From the NCBI GenBank assembly GCA_963705705.1, contig CAVPKK010000007.1:1-64000 (forward strand): 64,000 nucleotides of DNA, in the 5' to 3' direction. Each line of letters opens with the position of its first letter. Positions within the stretch are counted from its first letter, which is position 1. Below, piece by piece: positions 11,165 to 20,000 of the stretch. A model generated the notes under the pieces. It had not been told where the DNA came from. It searched no databases and saw nothing but the letters and a program-made list of their open reading frames with translations. The translations under genes were made by a program, and so were the position numbers. Source of the DNA: an uncultured bacterium (GTDB taxonomy: Bacteria > Babelota > Babeliae > Babelales > JABCYS01).

Positions 11165-11253
11165 CAGTTTCCCTTTTAAAACCACGCTTTCCTGAACATT
11201 TCTATATGTCGCGTGATGGCTCTGTATGCCGCCTATGATGCCGAATAGGGCTT

Positions 11254-11282
11254 TTGACGTAGATAAGGCAGTTCAATACACT
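11254..11282 (+). promoter_or_regulatory. sigma70-type promoter of the 11310 ankyrin gene
   Basis: TTGACG-17 nt-TACACT, followed by GGAGG RBS and ATG at 11310. Confidence 0.65.
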
Positions 11283-11309
11283 ATTTACTATCATTCAATG
11301 GAGGAAACA

Positions 11310-13136
11310 ATGGACTTAAAAGGCCTATCAATATTGCTATTGCTCATCCCTGGGCTAGCCCTTGCCACTGCCAGCCCAGCCGGCAGATCGGAATCCTATG
11401 CCATAGGTGATTTGCGGACATTTCTGGTCAAAGTGAAGCCGAAGTATCCTGAATCGCTGGTAGCAAATAAATCTTATCAGCCACGGTTAACAAGTCCTGA
11501 TAGAGGTGCTGCATTTTATGAACGGCAGGCCGAAATTAGATTTGCCGAGATAAAAAAAATACTTATGCCACAACGGGATGACAATAACCCGTACGTTCGT
11601 ATCCTCAGAACAGAATTCGAATTTAGAAAGCAAACGCTTGAGCGATTAATCAAAACCCAGGCTCAATATGCGTTATTCGAAGCCATTGATGCCGATGATG
11701 TTTTTGTTGTCCCAGAATTATTGAAAAAGGCGCGTAAGGGAAAAGCAAGCTTAATCCTCTGCGATACACGCTCGATGTATTTAAGCAGACTTACCAGCCT
11801 GGAAAAGATGCTAACTCCAATTAAAGGAAGAGCAAAGTTTATCGGGCAAGCAGAGTGTGATTCTGAAAAATCAAAAGTAATCGATCATCTAACTCATATT
11901 TTTAATAGACCATTCTATTATGCTGACACGCTCATTCAATCTGATCACTTGGTTGGCTTTACGCCATTAATGCGAACATCGGCACGTGGCAATGTGCCTA
12001 TGATAGCTGCTCTATTAAAAGCAGGTGAGACCATTGGATTGACGGTAAGCCTTATGCCTTCAATGGTAGATCCAGAAGCTCTCATTAATAAACATGCAGT
12101 AACTTCTCACTTAATTAGCGACATTACACATAAACCTTTTGAAGGGCCATCGCAAGTAAAGTTGATGGATGCCCTCATATCAGAGGAATCTTTTCTACCG
12201 CCTGGAGAAGAGGATGAATTCCCTTTATCACGATATACCAGTGATCTCAATGAATTAGTATTAGCTGCCATTGGTGGTCATATAGAAACCGTTGATCTGT
12301 TGCTTGCTGAACTAGCTAGATTGCCAGCAGCGAAACAGAGAAATTTTATACAAGCGGCACTTAAGAAGGTAATTGTCTTTAGCCGTCTGGTTGACCTTGA
12401 AGAAGCCAGAGTGCTTTATCGAAATCTCGGTATGCGGTGTATGCCAAGCCACAGCAACTACCTAATAATCGCTCAGAAACTTATTAACGCATTCAAAAAT
12501 GCTGAACCCAATACTGATCAATTCCAACAAAGAGCCGTAGAACAAATTAAAAATGTAATGTTTGCTGGCACATCGGAAATGTTGCAGCTTGTGGTCCAAG
12601 AACTCGGTTTGACTGATGATCTTTTGAGTTCGATACGTTTATTCTTTGATGCGCAAGTAGAAGAAACTACTGAAAAATGTATTAATGGAGAAAAGCTTGG
12701 CATTTTACTTTTGCTTACCGCGACATCTCCATCATCGGTAGCTGGCCAATTTGGGAGAGGCATGCTTGAACGAGTCGAACAAAATCCAACATTGCTGGCC
12801 AGTTTAAAAAAATATATGCAGGAACGTAGGCGAGTGAAGGCTGAGATCTCTGAACATATGATTCCAAATTTGGCTGATATTGTTGATGATTATATTACGC
12901 CGCGGCCATCAATGGAGCTGTTTCGCCGCATTATAGCCTTAGGCAATCGTCAGCAAGATGACCAAAGCATTTTAGGCGAAGAGATGGAGCAAATAATATT
13001 GGGCTCGCGGCCGATACAGGAAACCCAATCACCATCATTAAATAATCCTTTACCTGCAAATAAATTGCGCAGATTCATTAATGCATGCAAAGGGCTTTGC
13101 TGCATCTCAAATAATGGAGAAGATCAAAATGATTAA
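11310..13136 (+). CDS. Secreted ankyrin-like repeat protein
   Basis: Start moved from 11226 to 11310 (promoter and RBS); signal peptide ...GLALA|TASP; GFTPLMRTSARGN, LVLAAIGGH. Confidence 0.85.
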   Translation: MDLKGLSILLLLIPGLALATASPAGRSESYAIGDLRTFLVKVKPKYPESLVANKSYQPRLTSPDRGAAFYERQAEIRFAEIKKILMPQRDDNNPYVRILRTEFEFRKQTLERLIKTQAQYALFEAIDADDVFVVPELLKKARKGKASLILCDTRSMYLSRLTSLEKMLTPIKGRAKFIGQAECDSEKSKVIDHLTHIFNRPFYYADTLIQSDHLVGFTPLMRTSARGNVPMIAALLKAGETIGLTVSLMPSMVDPEALINKHAVTSHLISDITHKPFEGPSQVKLMDALISEESFLPPGEEDEFPLSRYTSDLNELVLAAIGGHIETVDLLLAELARLPAAKQRNFIQAALKKVIVFSRLVDLEEARVLYRNLGMRCMPSHSNYLIIAQKLINAFKNAEPNTDQFQQRAVEQIKNVMFAGTSEMLQLVVQELGLTDDLLSSIRLFFDAQVEETTEKCINGEKLGILLLLTATSPSSVAGQFGRGMLERVEQNPTLLASLKKYMQERRRVKAEISEHMIPNLADIVDDYITPRPSMELFRRIIALGNRQQDDQSILGEEMEQIILGSRPIQETQSPSLNNPLPANKLRRFINACKGLCCISNNGEDQND

Positions 13137-15033
13137 CAAACACATCTTTCTAACACTACTATCTATCCCATTAATTGCCTTAGGATCATCGGCGCCCGTT
13201 GAACTGAAAGAGCGGGAAGAAAAGGCTTCAATCACATTGCAACAGATCAGGAGTCAATTTGGCGTGCCGGCTCGTGAACCTGTTGAAGTCAAGGAAAGCG
13301 AGAGGCCATCATCGCAGATAGCAGTGGATAGTACTCCGAGAAGCGAATCCTATGCCATAGGCCAGCTGACTCCAGTCCAAGCTATTGAATCAGCGACACC
13401 GATTACAGACGAGAAAGGTCCTGAACTGCCAGGCGGACGTAAAAAAACCGATCAAGAAATCAAAGACATAGCAAATAATTTTTTAGCGCGGCTCGATGGA
13501 TTTGGTCAGCCTGCTCATCCTCGAGAAATCAAATTGGCCATCCAAGATATTCGGGCCTGTTTGGATGCAGCTCCCTTATTTGAGGCAATGGATCACAATG
13601 ATATTCCGCGCATACAAGAACTCATTGTTCCTACATGCAAAGGCGGTGATTATTTCCCAGTAACGAAAGCCGATGCGCGTGATAGCTATCTAGCAACCCT
13701 AAAAGATTATCAGCTGGAGGGCGATGACATTAAAGAATTTCTTGCCCACTTACTCGATTCATTCAATAAAGAAATAGAAGGCAATTCTTCCACCTTAGTC
13801 CAAACATGGAAAGATGAGTTGGCATCCTTCGATATTTCGCATTTTCAATGGAGAGGCGGATTTACTCCTCTAATGAGAGCAGTAGCGCGGGGCCATATGG
13901 AACAAGCTAAAATATTTTTGCCGCATTGGATTAACTGCAACAGCACGCCATTGCATTCAGGCATGATTGATCAAGAAATAAGAATTAATGTTCAAACTAT
14001 GGCGGCTTTGTTATATAGATATCAGAGAAAGCAGCCTGATTGTGTTAGAGCTCGAAAGTTTGAGGTTGATATACCATTAGCTAAGGTTCTTCATGAAAGC
14101 GAATACAAGCCTGGCAGATTTGGCCTTACTCGATTACTCAATTCCATACGTCCAATGGACTTGGCGGCTCTTGCCGGCAACAGCGAGATGGTTGATTTGC
14201 TACTGAATGATTTGTCAAAAAAGGTAGGAGGAAAATTTCGTTTAAAAGACCTTATCCTTAGTATTACACATCCTCTTATAACGTTGATTGTATTTTCAGA
14301 ACTGGCACAAACAAAATTTGCCGAGCCAGTATTTAAGGCCATGGGTATCATCAAGCCAAAGCCTGAGAACTATGGTGCTATTGCACGAAAACTCATGCAA
14401 GCATTGGCGGTTCTGTATTTGAAAGAACCAGAAGTTGACCTATCCGATTCGGCGCAGCGGATGGATATCTTGCGACAAACATTGCTTTTTGGCTCGACTG
14501 AGATGCTGAATGTGGTAGCATCCAATATGGCACATATAGGCACCAAACGTGATCAAGCAGAACTGGTTAACGAACTAGTTTCTGGCGAAAAATTGGGGAT
14601 GCTTTTTTTGATTAATGCTGATCAAGATTCCATCGTCTCCAAGCTGAGGAACGGGCTGTTGAGTCATGCACCAAGCAATCATAAGCTACTGATGAGATTG
14701 CAGCGATATATGCAAGAAGCTATGCAAGACCAGCGAAATATCCCGCGACTGCACAATCAATTAACTCGCCATCTTATACCAGTACTGAGCTCTATAGTGA
14801 CCGGTTATTTGCGGTTTGATGATACGACTGCGCGACAGATCATTGCTATGGAACCATATGTTCCTGAAAGTAGAAACAGTCGGTGGGATGGCTATAGCCA
14901 ATACATATTGGGGGAGGGTCTCACTCAACTTATGACCCGCGAGCCGATCAATATAGTAGAGCAAAATCCGCGAGCTATGGAGAGGGAACAAAATCTTTCA
15001 TGGATTACTACACGAAGTCCGCGACCAAATTAA
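13129..15033 (+). CDS. Secreted ankyrin-like repeat protein
   Basis: Start MINKH after GGAGA; ...PLIALG|SSAP; GFTPLMRAVARGH, MDLAALAGN; paralog of 3400..5001. Confidence 0.85.
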   Translation: MINKHIFLTLLSIPLIALGSSAPVELKEREEKASITLQQIRSQFGVPAREPVEVKESERPSSQIAVDSTPRSESYAIGQLTPVQAIESATPITDEKGPELPGGRKKTDQEIKDIANNFLARLDGFGQPAHPREIKLAIQDIRACLDAAPLFEAMDHNDIPRIQELIVPTCKGGDYFPVTKADARDSYLATLKDYQLEGDDIKEFLAHLLDSFNKEIEGNSSTLVQTWKDELASFDISHFQWRGGFTPLMRAVARGHMEQAKIFLPHWINCNSTPLHSGMIDQEIRINVQTMAALLYRYQRKQPDCVRARKFEVDIPLAKVLHESEYKPGRFGLTRLLNSIRPMDLAALAGNSEMVDLLLNDLSKKVGGKFRLKDLILSITHPLITLIVFSELAQTKFAEPVFKAMGIIKPKPENYGAIARKLMQALAVLYLKEPEVDLSDSAQRMDILRQTLLFGSTEMLNVVASNMAHIGTKRDQAELVNELVSGEKLGMLFLINADQDSIVSKLRNGLLSHAPSNHKLLMRLQRYMQEAMQDQRNIPRLHNQLTRHLIPVLSSIVTGYLRFDDTTARQIIAMEPYVPESRNSRWDGYSQYILGEGLTQLMTREPINIVEQNPRAMEREQNLSWITTRSPRPN

Positions 15034-15057
15034 GTCGAGTATGCTTTAAATATTTTG

Positions 15058-17310
15058 TTACCTGCCAAAAGTTAGATAGGTCCATGCGGCATTAAGCTCA
15101 TGAAGCATACGCTCCGCTTCAGACTTCATCTGTGGTGTAGTGATTGGCGATGATATAACTTGTTGGTATTCATCGGAAAGTTTTTTAAATTGGGTAGCAA
15201 TCAGCGGATAATTATCTTGGTCCTTCGTAAGACTGAAAATTCTGAGTGCTCGTTCCCGATTTGCTTCTGTCCCCGCTTCCCTTTGCCTTTCTATTTCTTC
15301 TGCTTCTTCCATTGCTATGGGAGCATGCTCTATCTGTATTCTTTTTGGTTCAACGATTGGCGGTTCTAAATGGCGTTTATGCAATGGCCTTGGTTGTTGT
15401 GGCACAGCTGTGCCAAGCGCTGCTTGCGCCTCTCTTAATCTAGCGGCAACTTCTTCTGGCTGGATCTGGGGACGCTCATGCAACGGTTCCTCTTCAAACC
15501 ACCATTTCATAAAAGCTTTCCTTCGTTCATGTTCGGCTTCTACTTCTTTTTTTTGCTCGAGCTCTTTCATTGATGGCCAATTGGTTATCATCCTTACTAA
15601 GGCATTATATGGACCGAGCGTACCTATGGCATCTTGCAAAACATCCAAACCACCAGCGTTAGGTGTGGTGAGCATTTCCAGAGCCTTTGGGCCACCGAAC
15701 TGAATTATGGTTCCAAATATTATCATGTATGTTTCTTCTGCCTTTTCTATTGCATTTGCTTTTTGTTCTCTCCGCACTTCTGGATTAAGAGAAATTTCTT
15801 GGAGTTTTTGAAACATTCCATTAATGACTTTATGCAAAAGATTGTTTCCCTGTTGATCTCGAATTTTTGTAATATCAATCTTATGATTTCCATAATCTGA
15901 TATTTTTAAGGTTAAAATTGTTTTTAGGTTTGCAGCAACGGATGCTAAATCACCGTCATCTATACCAGCAAATAATTGCTGTTCGATGCGAACTTCTTCC
16001 GGTAGTTTAAAAATTAGTTTGGCATCCTCAATCAATCCAGATTCCTGATGTAGTTGTTCGCGACTTAAACGAATTGGATTATTGTAAAGATAAACTGAGC
16101 CTATAGATGCTAGGCTTGCGAAGATATTGGGTGGCAGGGTGGTAAATCTATTTCCGGCAAGATTAAGATTGTTAAGACGTACTAAATTATTAAAGGTTGT
16201 TGCAGAAAGATCTACAAGCTGATTTTGCGAAATATCAAGATCATGGAGCGAAGTCAAATCATCAAAAACATTAGCCGAAAGTGCTGTCAGTCTATTGCCC
16301 GAAAGATTAAGCTCTACAAGATTTTCTAACCCGGCAAAAATGAACTCAGGTAACGTAGTCAGCAAGTTATCATCGAGATCAAGAGATTCTTCAAGGTTTA
16401 GATCGTTGAAGATAGTCTGCGGAAGTATCGTTAGCCTGTTTCCACTGAGTACGATGGAATCAAGATTGGGTAAGTCATTAAATAATCCTATAGGCAGCGT
16501 GGTAAGCAAATTGTTTGCCAAGCAGATTCTATCGAGTTCTGTTAGGCCTTCAAACGAACGCGCACTTAGTCGTTTGATATTGTTACCAGAAAGATCAATG
16601 AACGATAAAGAATTTAGACGCCTTAGTATTCGAGGCAATTTAGCTGGATTGGCCAGATTAGTGTAGGAAAGATCAAGGGATTCAAGTGCCCTTAGATCAT
16701 CAAAAACGGTCAGTGGTAGCGTAAATGGCTTACTATTGTCACTAAGATACAGTGTCCATAGCTTTGATAAACCTTTGAAAATATTTGCCGGTAATGTAGA
16801 AAATCGGTTCCCAGAAAGTTCAAGATGGTTAAGTTCAGACAGATGTTGGAATATGTTTTCTGACAGTGAAACGATTTCATTATAGGAGAGATTAATATCC
16901 TTCAGTGCATTTAGATCACGAAAAATATTTCCCGGCACCTCGGTAATCTGGTTTTTATGAAGATAAAGTTGTTGAAGGGCAGTTAATCCTTGAAAAATAT
17001 TCCCCGGAAGTGCCTTGATATTATTGCCGGAAAGAAAAAGTGTTTCAAGGCAGGTTAACCCACGAAAGGCATTTTCCGGCAATGTAACAAGCTTATTATT
17101 CGCAAGAAAAAGCCTGCGAAGCGAGGCTAAGCCGGGAATTTCATTAAGGCCAATTAAATCAGTAAGGCCCTTGTCCATCAGATCCAATGCACCAGTTTCG
17201 ATTTGCTCAGATATGGCTTTTTCATTCTCGCGATAATAGTCGCGAAAAGAGATCGCCTGTGCGGACTCGGACAAAGCGAACAATAATAGTAGGCAGATCT
17301 TTAATCTCAT
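15058..17310 (-). CDS. Secreted LRR protein (roughly 15 repeats) with ANK-like/coiled-coil domain and J-like C-terminus
   Basis: ESAQA|ISFRDYY; typical 24-aa LRRs; KIRDQQGNNLLH; ends ALRIFSL...HELNAAWTYLTFGR. Confidence 0.9.
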   Translation of the reverse strand: MRLKICLLLLFALSESAQAISFRDYYRENEKAISEQIETGALDLMDKGLTDLIGLNEIPGLASLRRLFLANNKLVTLPENAFRGLTCLETLFLSGNNIKALPGNIFQGLTALQQLYLHKNQITEVPGNIFRDLNALKDINLSYNEIVSLSENIFQHLSELNHLELSGNRFSTLPANIFKGLSKLWTLYLSDNSKPFTLPLTVFDDLRALESLDLSYTNLANPAKLPRILRRLNSLSFIDLSGNNIKRLSARSFEGLTELDRICLANNLLTTLPIGLFNDLPNLDSIVLSGNRLTILPQTIFNDLNLEESLDLDDNLLTTLPEFIFAGLENLVELNLSGNRLTALSANVFDDLTSLHDLDISQNQLVDLSATTFNNLVRLNNLNLAGNRFTTLPPNIFASLASIGSVYLYNNPIRLSREQLHQESGLIEDAKLIFKLPEEVRIEQQLFAGIDDGDLASVAANLKTILTLKISDYGNHKIDITKIRDQQGNNLLHKVINGMFQKLQEISLNPEVRREQKANAIEKAEETYMIIFGTIIQFGGPKALEMLTTPNAGGLDVLQDAIGTLGPYNALVRMITNWPSMKELEQKKEVEAEHERRKAFMKWWFEEEPLHERPQIQPEEVAARLREAQAALGTAVPQQPRPLHKRHLEPPIVEPKRIQIEHAPIAMEEAEEIERQREAGTEANRERALRIFSLTKDQDNYPLIATQFKKLSDEYQQVISSPITTPQMKSEAERMLHELNAAWTYLTFGR

Positions 17311-17347
17311 TACATATCCAATTATGTATATTCGTGCGTGCATAATT

Positions 17348-17377
17348 AGACTATCAAAAACCGGAGGGCCGAAGCAA
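17348..17377 (-). promoter_or_regulatory. sigma70-type promoter of the 17310 LRR gene
   Basis: Minus strand TTGCTT-18 nt-TAGTCT with TGn extension. Confidence 0.6.
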
Positions 17378-17490
17378 TGGTTTATGCTTTATGGAATAGG
17401 TTTTTTTTGGGCAATGGCCTGGCATTGAAAGAAGACAAAGAAGGACCTATTTGTGGGGCAATTTTGGCCATCCATTTTGGAATGTATTTA

Positions 17491-17694
17491 TTATTCCAAA
17501 GCTACCAAAAATATTTTACAAATTAGCCACGTGATAGAAGAGCAAATAACTTTAATAAAACCACTAAAATCAGTAATGGCGAAGAAGACAATTGGTATGA
17601 AAAATATTAGGAATACCAAAAGAACAGATGTTTTCACAGCGGTTAATAAGAATGTCGTTATGTTAGATATGGTTGATGATGCTTGTTTTTGCAT
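17491..17694 (-). CDS. Small hydrophobic membrane protein (67 aa)
   Basis: AGGA RBS before ATG; long hydrophobic stretch VLLVFLIFFIPIVFFAI. Confidence 0.5.
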   Translation of the reverse strand: MQKQASSTISNITTFLLTAVKTSVLLVFLIFFIPIVFFAITDFSGFIKVICSSITWLICKIFLVALE

Positions 17695-18239
17695 GTTGAT
17701 TCCTAAACCTCATTATTAAGTAAAAATAGGATATCAGACCGACGTGAGGGTTTCAAACTCAGCTAATGGAAATTCTTTGTATAGCTAACCGAGTTTATTG
17801 AATAATAGCCACATGGTTTATGTTGAGTTAGCAGGCATCAATTCTAGGCGGTTTTTGGGCACCGGCCTGGCATCGAACTACCCGGCCAAGATAAAAATCG
17901 GCCTATGACGACGACATTTTAGTAGGGCGGCTGAATAGCTTGAAATAGCGATTAAAACTGGGCAAAGGCAGCAAAGCCACCCCAAAACCATGAAAATGCC
18001 AGGTCCGATAAGGGTAATTATGTAGTAGAAATGGATGGTTTACTTGTCGGCCAAACGAGTATCAATTCTAGCCTATCGGAAAACAAATAATTCATTCCGG
18101 CCTTGCATTTGTATGGCAGTCAAAAAAGCTTTTAAAACGGCTGGTTGCTAAACTTGTATTTAGGTTTAACCCAGCCATTTTTGACACCGATTATTACAAG
18201 CCATTTAGCTACCATATCAACAGACTTGTGTTCATAATC

Positions 18240-19952
18240 TTATTTTATCAGCGACAAGGCAGAGCTCGGTGCTAGACGTTCGCGTTGGACAGCCAGCTCT
18301 TTTTTAACTTCCTCAGTTTCGGTTTCTGCTGTTTTTGACCGAGATTTTATTGGGAATCTTTTGGCTGGCGTAGCTGGTTGATGTTCAAACGAAATCAAAG
18401 CTCTTACAAAGGTACTATCTTTGCCCAACGCACCCACCGCCGAACCCACCACATCATAGCCATTTTTATCGCGCGTAAGGAGCATTTCTTGAACTTCTTT
18501 TGGCCCTACTTTTTCCTGTGTAAGTAACAATTGTGTGAGGATCATAAAGATTCTGGTATATAGGTCTTCGGCAACCTGCTTTCTCTGGTCTATGGCAGCA
18601 ACCAAACTCTTTTTTACTTCTTCTGTCATATCCTTATCTGCCATAATTTTGGCTACCTCTGCACTCATACCCTTAACCTTATCAGCCAAAGTTTTGACTA
18701 TAAGTTGAAATAAATTGTTACCATTGGCATCGCGTATTTTGGAAATATTGGGCTTTTTGAATTTGTGACGGGGCTCGTGCATCATATCAGATGTTGGTTT
18801 ATAACCCCCTTTTATAATGACTTTAAATTGTTGCTGCACTTTATTAGCATCTCCATCTTGTATGGCTTTAATAAGTAATCGCTCAACCGCTTCCTCTCTA
18901 GAGGTTTTGAACCAAAAATGTTGGAATCCTAGTCTATATTTCTGACGCAGTTCCTCTTCACTTCCTGATATTGGATTGTTATAGAGATTAAGCACATCCA
19001 ACTTGTGGCCCTTAAATATGTTAGCTGGTAGTGTAGTTATTTGGTTGTCGGATAAATCAACCCAATGCAGCTCCAAAAGTCCGTTAAAGATATTCTCCGG
19101 CAATGAAGCAAGCTGATTGTTAGAGAGGTCGATTACCCGAAGATCGGTTGAATCCCTAAAAATATTGCCTGGGATAGCAGTGAGCTTATTATAAGAAAGA
19201 TCAACTTTTCCCAAGGCTTTCAGGCCATGGAAAATAATGGCCGGCAATGCTGCAAGTTTGTTTCCAGACAGATCAAGCCTTTCAAGTGCACCGAGCGCAT
19301 GAAAAATAATATCCGGGAGTGTAGTAAGCTGGTTGTCTTGGAGATTAAGCCCTCGAAGTGCAATTAGCCCCTCAAAAATATTTGCTGGTAACGTCACGAA
19401 TAGGTTTTTACTTAGATCAAGAAAATTTAGAGGCAAGCCATTAAAGATGCCTGGTGAAAGTGTAGCAAGCTTATTGCCATTGAGATCAATTTGTTTAAGG
19501 GCACCAAGGCCTTCGAAAATATCGTCCGGAAGTACTGTAAGCTTATTGCCGTGAAGATCAATATTTGTAAGCCTATTCATTCCCCGGAAGACATTCGGGT
19601 CAAGGGTGGTGAGCAGATTATCCGAGAGATGAAGCGCCACAATCTTGTTCAATCCTGGAACATGCTCTTTATCAAAATCAATCAAATCGGTGAGTTGGAG
19701 ACCGGATAACCACAGATGACCGCTAGTCACCCTTTTATCGACTAGAAACTTATGCCAACGGTAATATTCACGGAATGATTTTGGTCCAACTTTTTCTTCC
19801 TCTTCATTTTCTTTTTCAGACCTGGCCTCGATGAGTCGCCTTTCTTCAGCTGCCGAAGGCTGGGATGTTGCCAGCAGCCGCTGGTGGGTGGAAATAGAAA
19901 GTAGCGCGGCCAGTGCCATGATTGATGATAGGTTAATTAATGATTGTGACAT
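18240..19952 (-). CDS. Secreted LRR protein with ANK-like/coiled-coil domain
   Basis: Start MSQSLIN after GGGAGA; ...QRLLA|TSQP; KSFREYY cap; typical LRRs; KIRDANGNNLF. Confidence 0.9.
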   Translation of the reverse strand: MSQSLINLSSIMALAALLSISTHQRLLATSQPSAAEERRLIEARSEKENEEEEKVGPKSFREYYRWHKFLVDKRVTSGHLWLSGLQLTDLIDFDKEHVPGLNKIVALHLSDNLLTTLDPNVFRGMNRLTNIDLHGNKLTVLPDDIFEGLGALKQIDLNGNKLATLSPGIFNGLPLNFLDLSKNLFVTLPANIFEGLIALRGLNLQDNQLTTLPDIIFHALGALERLDLSGNKLAALPAIIFHGLKALGKVDLSYNKLTAIPGNIFRDSTDLRVIDLSNNQLASLPENIFNGLLELHWVDLSDNQITTLPANIFKGHKLDVLNLYNNPISGSEEELRQKYRLGFQHFWFKTSREEAVERLLIKAIQDGDANKVQQQFKVIIKGGYKPTSDMMHEPRHKFKKPNISKIRDANGNNLFQLIVKTLADKVKGMSAEVAKIMADKDMTEEVKKSLVAAIDQRKQVAEDLYTRIFMILTQLLLTQEKVGPKEVQEMLLTRDKNGYDVVGSAVGALGKDSTFVRALISFEHQPATPAKRFPIKSRSKTAETETEEVKKELAVQRERLAPSSALSLIK

Positions 19953-20000
19953 GGTCTGAATCTCCCTTTTTTGTATAGCCATTCGGCAAATGTTAATCTC

